A stretch of DNA of 64,000 nucleotides, from the NCBI GenBank assembly GCA_013239625.1, contig MU053652.1:8467499-8531498 (forward strand), read 5' to 3'. How positions within the stretch are numbered: the stretch's first letter is position 1; each line of letters starts with the position of its first letter. Below the pieces are notes generated by a model. It was not told where the DNA came from. It saw only the letters and a list, made by a program, of their open reading frames with translations, and searched no databases. Position numbers and translations under genes: made by a program. This document shows positions 1 to 14,345 of the stretch, in pieces. Source of the DNA: Lama guanicoe. Its lineage: Eukaryota.

Positions 1-554
1 ATATGAGTACAAGTAAAGGGAGAATCCATAACATACAAAAGTGTGGCATGGCAAGACTTCAGGTCCCAGGGCCTGAACACTAGAACAGGTGGCTGATACC
101 CCACACCGACTTCTCTGCCCCCGCTGCCACCACCCTGAGAGCCTCCCCTAAGAAACTGAAGACAGACTCTGCAAAGCTGCTGTGGTCATTATGCTTTTGA
201 CACTTGATAAATATTAAGATATTGGTTTCTGTGAGGTTCATTTCTGTCAGCTTCTTACTCACTTCTAGTGTTTTTCTGCCCAGGCTTAAGATCATATTGC
301 TTGAGTTTAGGTAGCAATGTCCCTGACATCTTGATCACTTAGTTAACATGCATACTTATGCCCTCCACCTCAGTCTCATTTGTCTCTGTGTCAGTTTCAG
401 TAGTAAGAGTCCATTTCTTAACCTAGCCACCCCAGAGAACTGACAGGGATGGCTCCCTGAGCCCACAGTTAAGGAGCAGAACCTGGAATGTGGTAACCTC
501 ACTGAGATATTATTGTAAGAATAATCCTGTTGTGTTTAGGATTATTACTGTCAT

Positions 555-1010
555 TGTCTAGGTCACTGTCCTTAGTGCAAGCAATGAAATCCACTCTAGA
601 TGGTTTGAGAAGGGAGGGATTTACTACTCATTTTTAGGCAGGATATAGTTTCAGGGAGGGTTACAAAAACAGACAGAAGCGACGCAGCCGGAAGAAATGC
701 CCAACCATACTTCAGTGTTGTTCCAGCAGCACCATGGAAGCCATGACATTAGGGAACAGGCAACAGAACTTGAGTACTGGCTGCTCCGGAAGCTTGGACA
801 GTCTGACCCAAGATCAAATCTCACCTGCACAGCCACTACTCCACGTCACTCCCTCCTTGTGTGACTCTGGTGGGTGCCTCTGTCTGACTGAACCTGATCA
901 CATATGGAGCCCTGGCTGTAAAGAGTCTGAAAAAAGTCATGTTTAGTATTTCAGCCTTCCCTGAAGGCTCACAGGAAAGGAGCAAGAGGGACAGCAGAGT
1001 GAGACAAAGC
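555..1010. mobile_element. Ancient MaLR (MLT1-like) LTR fragment
   Basis: Degenerate MLT1K/L-like motifs (gcaagcaatgaaatccactcta ... ggctgtaaagagtctgaaaaa). Confidence 0.45.
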
Positions 1011-1489
1011 AGTCTCTCCAACTTTCTTATGCAAGTACCTACAATCTATAACTCACAGACCTCATACGTCTATTACCATTTTTCACTAGTAGAAAAATTA
1101 GTTATCACCAAAAATGTTTTTATACCTGGAACGGATTGGAAAATAAATCATGAAAGTTTTCAAGCAATTGACGCCAGAAAAAAATATATATATTAAAAAG
1201 AAAAGATAATTAAATATGGCTACCTTGACATTTGTTAAAATCAAAGGTCCCAAACTTCAGGACTGATAGTGAAAATACGTGAAGTACAGGTGAGACAATG
1301 CTAAGCTTGTCAGCACATACTGTACCCCATCCCCATGTGGTCTGCATTCTATTTCAACATGGGGGAAAACCCTTAAATGTAATGACAGAAAAAGGGAAGA
1401 AAAGATTCTTAGCTGTAGTAGATGGTCTTTATTTCCCTCCCTGATCCACTTTACCAGGACAGTGTACTTATCCCCTAGCTGTTGTCAGT

Positions 1490-1750
1490 GTGGGCTGCTA
1501 ACAGCTCACAGGTGCTCCTTTCCTGAGAGAACTGCAAACAAGGACAGAAACAGCCTCACTCAGGAGACTATTTCCAGGTCATATACTGCAGCCTACGGCT
1601 AGTTACTATACCCGTGCGGGCCAGACCAACTCCACGGCGTAATGCGTGCTCAGCTCCCCCTGGGCTCCCACATCCTTACCTAGCTCTCCCCACCTTGCCC
1701 TATCCAGCATCCTTTTCTTGTTTTCTCCTGAGAATGCTCCTTCAAGAAGC
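1490..1750 (+). mobile_element. ERVL LTR fragment (LTR16-like)
   Basis: ctgctaacagctcacagg...ctgagagaactgc ... cttgccctatcc ... tttctcctgagaatgctccttcaa resembles LTR16 family consensus. Confidence 0.5.
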
Positions 1751-1899
1751 TGCTCAAATTTTGTATCCAGAGAATGAATATGAACTAAGAAAGTAGCTAA
1801 TTTCAATACTGTTGTAGAAAACAAATCGAAAACAGCGATGAAAAAATGACGAACCAATAATTACTAAAGAGAAATGCATGACAGATAAACAGGATAAAA

Positions 1900-3255
1900 A
1901 TAAGGTAGATGTATGTCAAACTTTAACTCTAACATTAGAGAACATACTTTCTTTTTAATGTTTGATGTAACATGAAAATTGACTACAAATTAAACCAAAA
2001 AAAAAGAAAAACTCTATAAATACCAAACTGGAAATAATACTAATAGTATTATTTGATATAATACAATAAACCTAGAAATTAATAATTTAAAAAATATTTA
2101 AAAGGACTCTTTCACATAAAAATTGAAAAATAGGTGAATACAATAATTCGTGGGTCAAGAGAAAATACAAATCAAGATTTCAAAATTTTTTAACAATAAC
2201 AACTATGAAAATACAACTAATCTGTGAGATACAACTAAAGCAGTTTTAGTGTTAAACATCTATTGAAATACAAATAAAAAAGGAGAATTCATTAACTAAG
2301 CACCCAATTTACAAAGCTATAAGAAGAAAATGAAAGAAAGCAGAGGAAATTCATAAATATGAAAGCAAAAATTAATGGACTCCCAAACAGAAAAAAAGTT
2401 GAACTAATATCATCGAAAAGTATCAGTTGAAAATTTTAACATGGTAGATAGTTCACTAGCTAACTTAATCCAGAAATAAAAGGGAAAAACAAAATTATAC
2501 AAAATTATAAATAGCAAAAAAGAAATAACCACTAAGACAGAACTTTTTTAAAAAAAATCGTAAGACTACTTTGCAAAACTCTAAGCACATGAGTTTTAAA
2601 ATAATGAAATAAACCATTTGCTAGAATAACACAACAGGAACTTCTAGTTTTCTCTTCCACGTGTAAGGAGCTTGGAAGTTGCCACTCTGTTCTCACAGCA
2701 AGTAAGAAACTAAACAGACGGAACCCTGGCAAATATTACCTAGGCCAGGGGCTCGTGGTCAACCTCATCAGTGGTGAGTCATGTTGACAGCATGGGCCCT
2801 TGGTATGAAGGAGTGAGCATGACACTTTAACTCTGTGGTCTTCCTCCTAAAAACCCAGTCTAACCATGAGAAAAACATCACATAGACAAAACCAGACTCA
2901 GGGACAGCTTGCAAAATATCTGGCCAATTCTCCTCAAAACTGTCCAGTACATCAGAAAGTTTGGGAAACTGTTTCAGACCAAAAGAAGCTAAAGCAGCAC
3001 GATGACTAAATGCAGTGTGATTTTGTGGGCAAGATCCTGGAACAGAAAAAGGACATTAAGGAAAAACTAGTGACATCTGAATAACCTTCAGAAGTAAGTT
3101 GATAGCAATGTATCAATATTAGATCCTTAGTTCTGATATATGTATACCTGTCCCCTGTGTCTCCTAATTAACAATCAGGGAAAACAGGTATGAGCATTCT
3201 TTGTTCTATCTTTGCAATTCTTTTGTAAATCTTAAAGTATTTTAAAAGCAAAGTT
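1900..3255 (+). mobile_element. Old L1 remnants: degenerate ORF2 segment followed by an L1MC/MD-type 3' end
   Basis: A-rich ORF2-like text (tctgtgagatacaactaaagcag), then ctctgtggtcttcctcc...catgagaaaaacatca...gatcctggaacagaaaaaggacatta and a terminal ttgcaattcttttgtaaatct. Confidence 0.7.
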
Positions 3256-4654
3256 TATTTTTAAAGAGCAATTACAGTTTCCTAATACTAACATTTGAGT
3301 CATTTCTTTCTCTCTTGAAAATGATTTTATTTTTCTTACTTGTATGTTTCTTAATTTTTTATTGAGTGCCAGAAATGTTATATAGACTTGTAGAGGTTGA
3401 GCTAAATAACACTTGTGCCTAGAGACAGGCATGCCGTTTCTTCTGCCAGGGTACAAGTACCATGGCTGGCGTCCCTTCCTACCCTGCTCTACGTAGGTGA
3501 TCCTCCCTACACGTTCCTTCTCTCCTTGGAGGACGTTGTCCCTCCACGGGCTTAGATTATCCCATTGGCTCAAGTCCTTAGTTCTCTGATGGGTTCAGGA
3601 AAAGTTCTTCCTCGCTGATAGATGGGAGCATGTTATTTTCAGCTTTCTCTATCCTAGGAGTGTGCACAACTCCAGGGTTTTTTCTCCTTAACTCTGTATA
3701 CACTACAATCAAACGTGCATGTAGGGGAAATGAAATGGAGGAAAGTGGTGAGAATAGTATTTTTTAAAACAAGAGATTCTGAATGTTTGAAAAAAATCAC
3801 ATAATCCTAACATTGAAAGGAATGTATTAGAAGACACCTGTCTTACTTTAAAATTTTTTCAACCATGTCTTCTTTTGTTAAAATAAAATTTTCACCCCTC
3901 ATATTTCCTTCAAGGGGAGACTACTGCTAGTTAAAAATCATTGTATCTTCTGCATATTTCCACCGACCAGAAAAAACCTGCTGCACTTTTCCTTCAGCTG
4001 ATAGGAAAAGTATTAGAAATCATTTTTCATTTTACAAAGAATTGTATCCTAATATTGAGTATATTTTCAAACTGTATACATTTTTTTCTGATTCTGGTTA
4101 AAAACATCACATGGAAACTTGCCCCTCCTCAGTTTGAAAACAATTTACTGTTCCAAACACCCACCAAACAAATATTTTTCATCTGTATATGTGCCTACAG
4201 AGAGAAGAGTATTATATATCAAATTCTTTATACTAACACTACACACTAATATAGTAGTCACGAGGATGGGGAGATGTGAAATGGGCAGAGTGGGGGAGGT
4301 CAGGCTTATTCTTTTTTGCAAGGAGGTTAAAAAATGGGCTGTATAAAGCAGAACTACCCCATCTAAGGACTCAGTGCACCTAAGCCAAACGTGGTTAAGT
4401 ACTGAACAGCCAAAGAACTGAGGTGATGGAACAGATTCAAATCAAGCATCTCTGTTCTTTTACCAAAGGCAGAAATCCATGTGAAGAATTCAGAATCATC
4501 CGCAAATGATGCCTGAACACCAGCCCAACTTCTTTTTCTGTAATTCCTTCATCCTGAAGAAAAAAGCCTGCAATGATTGCCACTGATCAATAAAATCTAA
4601 CCTTGTAACAATGTCCTCTAATCTTTCTTTATCGAAAGAATGATCTGGCTTCTT

Positions 4655-4760
4655 ATTAAAAATAACGACTCCTGGGAACCATTCCAGATGAGCAAGCCAG
4701 TATCTCCAGGAGGGCTTCCTCAGAATGTGCACTTTTAACCAAAGTTCACAGGATTCCGTG
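4655..4760. mobile_element. MER5-like hAT-Charlie MITE fragment
   Basis: gactcctgggaaccattccaga...aatgtgcacttttaacc resembles MER5. Confidence 0.5.
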
Positions 4761-5689
4761 GATCAGAATTAATAGGGAAACCATCTTAGAACTCAGCCTC
4801 TTCACAATTTCTTACCCTAAACAGCATTTTTTGTATTACTAGTTAATCATTTCTGATCAAGGCACGATCATCCTGATGCTTATCACTCAAATATTAAATA
4901 CCAAGAGCTGCCTGTGTGCTTCTTCAATTAGAATTTCCTTTCTGGAGGTATAAACAGAAGAAACTCAATATTGAATTCACCTTAGAGTAAGTTTTAGTGA
5001 GAAGCTGGTAGGAAACAAGTGCTTTATTTATTTGTTTGCCTGAATAATTTCCTTGAGAAAATTATCCAAGGACAAGAGATAACCTTTTTCAATGAATTAT
5101 TCCAATGCATGTAAAATTATATGAGCAGGAACAAATCAAAATTTATTCATGAACACATGACGGACAGAGTGGAATCATTGCTGTAAACCTTCTGAGAGTA
5201 TGTGTCAGGCTGAACCTACTTTGAGAGCCTTTGTGAAATATCCAAGGCTACATACTTCAGAGGAAATATTTGCTTTACACAAAAGGGAGAGTTTGTAATG
5301 AGGAAAACTTTGTCTTTTGTAGGAAAGACAAAAGACATGGAGACTTGGTTTTTAATTTGGGAGAAAGGGATAAAAATACTGCAGAGAGCTCTTTGAATTT
5401 CCCTGCAAACTGCCCCTTGAGCTTTACTCGTTGACCCTTAGGTGGAGTCTCTTAATGTTTGGCTCCAGATTATCTGAGTCAGAATTTGATGGAAGAGTTT
5501 AAAATGCTAATTCCTAGGCCTCTACAGATTTGTTAAATTAATATTTCAAGCATAGAACTCAGGAAGCTCCTTTTTTTTTTTTAAGTATTCAATATGGTTT
5601 AGAAGACCATTGAGGTTGGAAAATTAGTGCCCTGAAGCAGAGGTCAGCAAATCTTTTCTGCAGAAAAACAAATATTAATTATTTTATTT

Positions 5690-6440
5690 TTAAACCACTT
5701 TTTTGAGGTGTGATTGACATGCAAAAAGTGGTACATATTTAATGTATACAGCTCGATGAGTTTGAGGGTAAGTATACACCTGTGAAATCAACACCATCAA
5801 AGCCATAAACGTATCTATATTCAACTTCCCAAAGATTTCTCCTGTCCCTTTATTATTATCATTGTTTTTGTGTGTCTGTGATAAGGACACAACATAACAT
5901 CTACCCTTGCAGCAAATGTGAACTGTATAAAACAGCACTGATGTCTTTAGGCACTATGCTGTATAGGAGCTCATCAGGACTTGACTTATTTATCCTGCAT
6001 AACTGAAACTTTGTACCCTTTGACCATCACCTCCGCCATTTCCCTCCCCACCCAGGTCCTGGCAACCACTTTTCTATTTTCTGTATCTGTGAGCTGATTA
6101 CCTTAGATTCCACATATAAATGATATCAGAGTGTTTGTCTTTCTGTGTCCGTGATTTCACTGCATAATGTCCTCCAGGTCTGTCCATGTTATAAAAAATG
6201 ACAGGTTTTCCTTCATTTTTAAGACTATTGTATGTTTATGTCCCACATTTCCTTTATCCATTCATCTGTGGGTGGACACTTGGGGTGTTTCCATATCTTG
6301 GCCATTATGAAAAATGTTACAATGAACATGGGAATGCAGATATCTTTTCCAGATCCTCATTTCAGTTCTTTTGGATGAATACCAGAAGTGGGATTGCTGG
6401 ATCATATAATAGTTCTATTTTTTTTAATATTTTGAGGAGA
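5690..6440 (-). mobile_element. L1 (L1MA/MB-type) 3' end
   Basis: Reverse L1 3' UTR/ORF2 end: ttgaggtgtgattgaca ... ggcaaccact ... tttatccattcatctg ... agaagtgggattgctggatcatat. Confidence 0.88.
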
Positions 6441-6994
6441 TAATATAGTTTTAGAATGCATTTAGTTAGAGGGATAAACCAAACTATACTTTTATCTGGA
6501 GTGTTTTTGTGTTTTCTACTTTTAAAAAAAGTAATAACTCTAACTGCATTTTTAATAAGAAAACTCACTTAGAAACTCGAGTCGTAATTAAGTGCTTCTT
6601 TTCTTTTTAGTATATTTACAAAATGGCTATGACTTTTGTAGCTCTGGGGACAACTTATAAGTCCCCAGTGAAATTTTCACCAGGAAAGTTTTGGCTTAAA
6701 GTCTTTTCACCTTATTCTTTTAATGTTGTTACACAAGAGATAGACTAATATATTATAACATTTACAAAATTTATTTTTACCAAAGTTCTATAATTTTCTG
6801 GATCCAGCATCAAACCTCAGGATCAACTTTATTTTTATTTCATACTGGAAACTTGCTATGTCCAAGAGATATAAAGCTCTTTCCAAAGATAAACTTTCCT
6901 ACCAAAAGCATTCCTAAATATGGCAGTTCCCTGTTATCATCAGAGAAACAAGAACACAGGGAACAGTAACTCAGTGGGAACAAAAATTAAAAAG

Positions 6995-7285
6995 GACTTT
7001 GTGGTGAACACTCCCCTAATAAACCACAGCTCTCCGTGGCCATCCTCTTTGCAAGGATGTATTGCCCCTCCTCCCATCAGAATTAAAGTCCATTTCTCCA
7101 CCTCCTTGAAACTGGGCAGGTTTGTGATGCTCTTTGACCAACAGGCCAATGGTGGAGTGAGAGTACATTTAGTCAGCTTGGAAGCCTCTGCTCTTGCTCA
7201 TTTAGACCTCAGGAACTGCCCAGTCTACCCTCGGCAACATGAAAAATTGTAAACTGAACTGTTGTTTTAAACCACTAAGTATGAT
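6995..7285 (+). mobile_element. MLT1-like LTR fragment
   Basis: ctcctcccatcag...catttctccacctccttgaaactgggc...ctttgaccaa and ttgttttaaaccactaagt. Confidence 0.55.
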
Positions 7286-9614
7286 GTGTCCACTTCAGGA
7301 TTTCATGAGAGTCATAATATTATCTTTTTAAAAATTATACTTTAGCAACAGCCAGGTCTTCATCATTCTCAAGTCAAGAGATAATGCCTCAATTGAAAAA
7401 GAAAAAAAAAGTCAAAATAAGCATGTTACTTAGAGATATGGTGATTAATACCAAAAGAATCCATTAAAACTTTAAAGTGCTGCTTTTCCTGAAAAGCTCT
7501 GCAGAACTCTTGTTCTCTTAAAGCCTTATGCACGCAAGGATTAGATAAAAACTGCATTTCAGAATATAAAAGCCAAAGAAAAAAAAATTGAGGAGAAAAC
7601 GCACCGAAGTATGTTATTGCTTATCTGAATATAGATTGCAAGTGATTTTTATTTTTCTTGCCATATATCTCTCCACTTTCCAAATTTTCAATGAATATAT
7701 GTTGCTTTCATAATCAGAAAGGAAAAAAAAAAAACTCGGAGAGATAGAGAAAAAAAAGAAGAAAAGAAAGAAAGCTCTCTTGACCACGTTTCATCCCCAG
7801 ACTGCCCCATGCCCCACGGCCCGTCTCATGCTCCGTCAGTTCCCTGAACGGTTTCCATCTCTTTCCTGCTCTCAAATATAATGAGAAAACACAGTCAGCA
7901 ATTCGAGAACAGTTCAACTCATTCTAGGTTCTTGGTTCTGAACGCAAGGCTTCTCTGGAAAATAAACTGGCCTGTATATTTCAGCTTCATTTTATTTTTA
8001 ACAACCCCTCTACATTTCTCCATAACTTTTTTGTCTCTAATCTCTCCTCCTCTCCAAGACTACTGGTTCTGCCTATCTCGTCTGTCCTCCCCTTCCCCAT
8101 CAGGAGAGACACATCTGACTCCAAAATCCATGATATGATGAGCAGGTTAAACAGGGATTCGACATATCTGTGCTGAATGACAGTCCATTTTCCCAGCCTG
8201 TTTTCCTCACCATCTGGGCTGATGTTGGCCAGGGGAATAACAGAGGTGTCATTGTCTCTGGGTCTCCTCCCTGTCAGCTCTTTCCGCAGGGAGCTCTGAC
8301 ATTGAATGCCTTCCGCTGCTCAGCTTATAATAGCATAGCCTGAGCTGTCGACTCTGTTGCCCAGGTTACAGGTTGATCTGCATGAAACACATATAATCTC
8401 CATGAACGGAAGGGTCCTGCAGAGCCCATCATTTCAGGAGACAAACCACATGAGAAAGGTTTTTGCAGAGAGCTCATTCTTTCATTCTTAGAAGAAAGGC
8501 TAATTTCACAAATAAAACATCATGGAGACAGGGAAGGCCGGGAGGAAAGCATAGACAAGGATTTATCTTTCACTAAAACATAAATATTTTATATGTGAAA
8601 ACGGAGGTTAACTTCTGCTCTGGGGTTTGGATTTTACTCTCCAGCTAGAATTTGCTTTTTTCAAAATGTAGCAGTAACATTATAATATGACAGCATTTCC
8701 TATGTCATTACTGTGTTGTACTCAACTGGCAAGGTTCATCTCTTTAAACTGTACTCCAGATTACACATCGAAGTCATTATTAATGCTCTAGGTATATTAT
8801 TTATAAATTATTTTCAATATTTGCATTCTTAGTGGAAAAAGTCTCCCTTATCCACTTTCCCCACCTACATGGGGGAAGGGTGGGCTTGGGGAAAATGATT
8901 ATAAATTAAAGGCGGGACCGCCAGTAAAGTATTCAACCATCTAAAAAGTGTGTTTTGGTCAGTTGTTTGAATAAAGAACTCCAAGAGTGTGAAAAGGTCC
9001 TTGTATTTACGTGGAGGACAGCTTGTATTTATATACAGCATAAGGTCTTGATGTGTATACATTAGAAGTTGTTGCAGCCTCTCCTACAGGAGAAAACACC
9101 TACCTACCTTTGTGCAGCAGGACCAGGAAGCTCTCTACTGTGTCAGAGAGAAATTACCCAAGGGGAAGGAAGGAAGGGAGGGAGGGAGGGATGGAGGGAG
9201 GGAGGGGAGATAAAAGAAAGAAAGAAACCTACTTGTTTATACTGGAGTAACTAACTCTAAGCCACAACTTCTATTAAGGAAAACATTTTTAGCTTACTAT
9301 TAAGAGAGGGGAAAAGCAAATATTAGATGTCTGGTCACACTGAAAAGAGAATATTAAATTCTGTCTCATAAAACTGTGAGCAACAACAATCTGTAATTGA
9401 GACTTTTTGTTTAAAGGTACCACGGAACATAAAAATACAGAAAAGAGAATTAAGTGTATATTATCTCCCTGAGTCTGTGGACACAGCCTGCTGTGTGTAG
9501 TGTAGTGGGGGTAGTTAACTGGAGCAGATGGGTGCAGGGGCCAGCATGGGAGATCTGGCTCAGAGCATACTCGGATTTAGAGAGCTTTTGAAGAATGACA
9601 GTCTGGTTTCAGGG

Positions 9615-9616
<2 letters not shown>

Positions 9617-9655
<39 letters not shown>
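9617..9655. repeat. (GT)n microsatellite
   Basis: Perfect GT run of about 19 units. Confidence 0.97.
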
Positions 9656-9657
<2 letters not shown>

Positions 9658-12449
9658 TTGTCAAGGTGTATTAATTCTTTTTTAATTTTATAAAATAAGG
9701 AAAAATAATTCAGAGAGATAGAAAACAATGTGATAGAGATTAAAATACGAAAGGAATATCTACAAAGAGTGAGGATGAAAAGACATTGAGGACTGACTTC
9801 CATTCTAATTCTTCTGCCTATATTTTATCAGACCTCTTGGATCTCACTTTAAACACAACCTTTACCTTTTCCTGTACCCCCATTCCAAATTTTCCTCCCC
9901 TTCCCTCCAACTTTCCATATCTATCCCTCCATTCTTCTTGATTCCCTCCACTTCTTTCCTTCCTCATCTTGTCTTTCTTCATCTGGTTCCTATTTTTCTT
10001 TCCCAAATCTCCAGAGATATGCAATGTATGGAACAAAATGGAAGGGCCAGTTTAAAATAAGATGGAAACATTTTACAGGCCCGTAGCAGAATATCTGGGA
10101 GATCGGTTCAATTCTGCTTCTCCTCCCGTTTGCAAAAGCAGGACAAAGAAGAGAGAAGTGGGGAAGGAGGGAGAGGAAGAGGAGGAGGTGAGAGAGAGGA
10201 GGAGGAAGGGAGGGGGAGAAGAAGGAGAAGGTGAAGGGAGCTTCTACAAAAAATGTCCAGTGACCTTTGAGGGCAATTGGACCCAAGCTTGTAGCACTAA
10301 GAGGTGATAAATCCTAAATATGGGGAGTCAACAGAGAAGAATATGTGAGGGTGCCAGTGAAGAGGGCAGAGATTAGGATTAGTGAATACAAACAGGAAAA
10401 TGCGTAAATTGGATCGTTAAAATATGTATTCCATGCTTTCAGTGGTTAAAGCAAACCGTGATAATCCTTCATAAAGGCTTTCATTCTAATAGTATCACAT
10501 GGCATACCAATTCAGTGACATTGTGGCTGAGCACGCTGTTTTAAAAATATATTAGAAACACTTGAATGTATAGCACATATAAATTCTTAAATACCGCCCA
10601 TTCAAAACTATTAATAATTCAGTTTAATACGTAGCTGCTAGTTCAGACAAATGGTTTCAACACATTTATTTAAATAATGAAAGACTTCATTAATTATGAA
10701 GGTTAGTAGTGGGATAGAAAGGCATTCAAATTGGTTTCTTTCTATGGTATGTTCTTACAGGGAATGTTAAAATTCTCCAAGTTTAAGCAAAGATGAGATT
10801 TGCAGGCTATTAGAACACTGGAAACTAAGGGTGTAATACTGCCAGATATTTATTTGTAGTCAATATAATACCATACTATAAGACTTTGCCTTTTTAAAAA
10901 TTTGATGATTATACTCAAAAGATTGTGTGAGTCCAATTATCTTATGAAATTTGTTAAAAAAAAAAAAAGTAAATTTTCAGGTAAGTTGGGGATATAACCA
11001 GGGGAATTTTCGTTTTATTAAGTAAAACATGCCTTAGGATATAGAGAGAGGCTCTCAGTAAATTTAATTTTTATTAATAGGACACATTTTATTATAACAA
11101 ACTAATTCAATGATTTGTAGAGTAAATGTATTTTAAATATACATTATCTAATTGAATTCAGTCAAAATTGCTGTTCATCTACTCTTTGTTCAAGACCCTG
11201 TATTAGGCACTAAGGTGGATCAAATAGTATAGGCAAAGTACAAAAATACAAATATTTTCAAATCCCACTTGCTTTTATGTAGACTTTAATAGTTCAACAG
11301 TACAGTGGAAGAACAGATGTGGGAGAGATGAAAATAATAATACAAAGATCTGGAAAATCCTTGTGGATGGATGAGACTAATGCTGTGCCTCCCACAGACA
11401 TCACAGGATTAGGAAGTTTCAAGAAGGTAAAAAACAAGAGCTAAGACCCAGAGGTAGGTGTACTTGTACCCTTTAAGTTTCATTGTTGTATCAATCTGAA
11501 ATCAGCTCCCCTGTGATTTCAACTCATTGATATTTCTCCTGTCTCTGGAGTTACACACACTAAAATTATTCATTGCTCTAATAGAAGACTTTTAATAATT
11601 ACTGATTGGATCCGAGTCTTCCATAAGTAAAGACCTTCTGTTCCTTTTTAAATGACAATTTTACGTGTTTCTTAACCATCAACATCTTGAATCACTTTAT
11701 TATTTCGATTGTTTCCTTCTAAATCAGTTGCAGAATTACAATACTGTTTCAAATGTGTTGTCAAAAGTCCTTTTAACGGTGACAAAGCAAAACTGGATTG
11801 CAAGATCTCCTGCTCCCAAAAGCAAATTAAACAACAATCTAAAATGACAAATCTATTACAATAAAAGAAAAAAAATAGAAAATTCTTGAGCTTTTGTATG
11901 TATCTCCAAACTCCCGAGAAGTATTGCTGAGTTTGTTCTGGAAAAAGTGAATTGGTAAAATTCTCACTAACACTGTCAATGTGGAGAGAGATGTACTAGC
12001 GAGTGAGTGGCAGCAGGGGAAAGCCTTGGGAGTAGAAGCCATTATGATGGACATCAGGCTCTTAGAAGCTCAGCAGAGGCAGAAAATTTTGTTAAGAATC
12101 ATATTGTCTGCGGAGTGAATTCCAAAGCAGAGGAACAATCTAAACCCCGAAACCATTGTCTCGAAAATACAACATACCTTGAACTAGATAATGTGGACCT
12201 ACAAAGACTGGGGTGGGCAGTGTACAAATATAAAACAAGAACTCAGCACTCCAGCCCTGTGAAGGAGACTCCAGTTTTTACATATATTTCAAGCTTCAGA
12301 AAGGAGAGAAAATACAGTGCCCAGTCTTCAAGCAGAAGATAAATCAGTCTTAGGTAAAATGTGAAGGTTGCCAAAAAGAATCTAAATACTTTACATCAAA
12401 ACACTGAGGATCTGGATAAAACTGCCCACATCAAAAATGAGTGAGCTGA

Positions 12450-12825
12450 TTGCAACCACAACCCCATCACGATTTAGAGCATTTTCATCCCCGAGAAATC
12501 CCCTTCACACCCTTGTACAGTCAGTCTCCATCCAGCCCAGGCCCAAGGCAACCACTGATCTGCTTTCTGTCTCTATAGATTAGTTTTGTCTGTTCTAGAA
12601 TTTCCTATAGATGGAGTCATACAGTAGGTGCTCCTTTGTGTCTGGCTCCTCTCAATTACCTGTGTTGCGGTTTCATCTGTAGTTCATTTTCTTTTTAACT
12701 ACTGAGTATTATTCCATTGTATGATACACCACAGTATTTTTGTCCATTCGCCTGTTGGTGGACATTGAGGGTTTCCAGTTTGGAGCTATGATGAATAAAG
12801 CTGATAGGAACATTTTCATACAGCA
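12450..12825 (-). mobile_element. L1MB-type 3' end
   Basis: ggcaaccactgatctgctttctgtctctatagatt ... gagtattattccattgtatg ... tttccagtttggagctatgatgaataaagctg. Confidence 0.85.
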
Positions 12826-13384
12826 AAAAATGAGTAAGCTGAGGGAAAAAAAGGCAAAAAAACAACCACAAAGGAAAAATAAGCAGTCTTAGAGAGGGAA
12901 GGAGAGGGAAGAGAAGGATAAAACAAAGCATATAAAGACAGATGAAGAACCCTATATGGAAGAAAACATTATCCAGGTAAAGAAAAGCCCCCCCAAGGGG
13001 CTTTGAGCCATAGAAATATAGAATATGAACAGTCGTTCAATAAAACATAAAATCAAACAGGAGATGACAAAGCAACTATGTAAACAGCTTGAGAAACAAC
13101 ATTATTTCAGAACTAATCCCTAACTTAGAATTGGCAAGGAACAAAATTGACATGGTTCAAAATCTGAATTACCTAGAGGAAAGGCTTGAGATAATCCCAA
13201 TAAATCCCAAAGATGAAAAGGGGATTAAAATAATTAGTTACGACATAATACATATGCTACATTATTAAAAGTAATTAGAGGTCTGAAGAATAATTTCCCT
13301 GAAATGAAGAAGATCCAAATATACAGGTCAAAGGGATATGTTGTCATCTAAGAAAACTATGTCCTGGTTAAATTGCTATACTCC

Positions 13385-13495
13385 CCAGAGTTCCTTATGC
13401 ATATGCAGGGGCAGGGAGTCTATGGGAAATCTCTGTACCTTCTTTTCAATTTTGCTATGAAACTAAAACTGCTCTAAAAAAAATAAAGTTCTGAA
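13385..13495 (+). mobile_element. Short L1 3' terminal fragment
   Basis: tatgggaaatctctgtaccttcttttcaattttgctatgaaactaaaactgctctaaaaaaaataaagt. Confidence 0.75.
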
Positions 13496-14345
13496 AAGAA
13501 AGTTCTTCATTTACTCCACACACACACACACACAACACACACGTCAACATAAAGGGAAAAACAATTAGTAGCAAAAGAAGTCAGTGAAGTTCTACCAAGT
13601 TCTGAAATAAACATATAATTAGAAATTTTATGTTCAGTCTAATTGCCTGCCCTTCAGGTATATGAAATTTTTTCCCCATAACTTTCTAACTATGAATCAT
13701 AAGTCCTTTCATAAATCCTTTAATCCTTTGAGTCACCTTTCTTTTGTCCTAATTGCCTATTTACTACTTGGAATGATATTCACTTAAGGTTAAAAAGGTT
13801 ATTATGAGTTGTGGGTAAAGATGATCTTTTGCTCTTTTCTTTGTACTTCTCTATATTACTTGAATATTTTTAAATTAGCATGTATTGCCCATAAAATGAT
13901 AGCACTTGAGATCTGAGCTATATAAAATGGTATGTAATTATTATGTCCATCACTCCAGGTCCTATACTTCTAGTAATCTGGCCTAAAATGACCTATCATT
14001 TTGAGCTTGTTAGACCACACTGTTGCTTCCCTTTTCAGCTAATGCTGGGGACAGAGGCCAGCCTAGAACCTGACAGCACTTCTCTGTCTGTCACTGTGTA
14101 ACCATAATCATCTGCAGAGAGAAGTGACCCCTGCTCCACTTTTGCCTTTCAAATTCTGTACAAGTTCATCCTTTGTCCAACTCTATGGCAAACTCTATGT
14201 TCCTCTATGCCTGGAACCATACAGTGAATGGGGATTCTGGGAAAAGTAGTTCCCACTTAACCAAAGTGGTATGGTTTATAAACTGCTGTATGAGTTGCCT
14301 ACAGAGTCAATCAGAAGAATAAAGTAAATATTATGGCGACAGAAA

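Noticed and set aside
726..745. RE1/NRSE-like cagcaccatggaagcc
   Set aside because: Right half lacks GGACAG, and the site lies in an old LTR fragment 57 kb from the gene.
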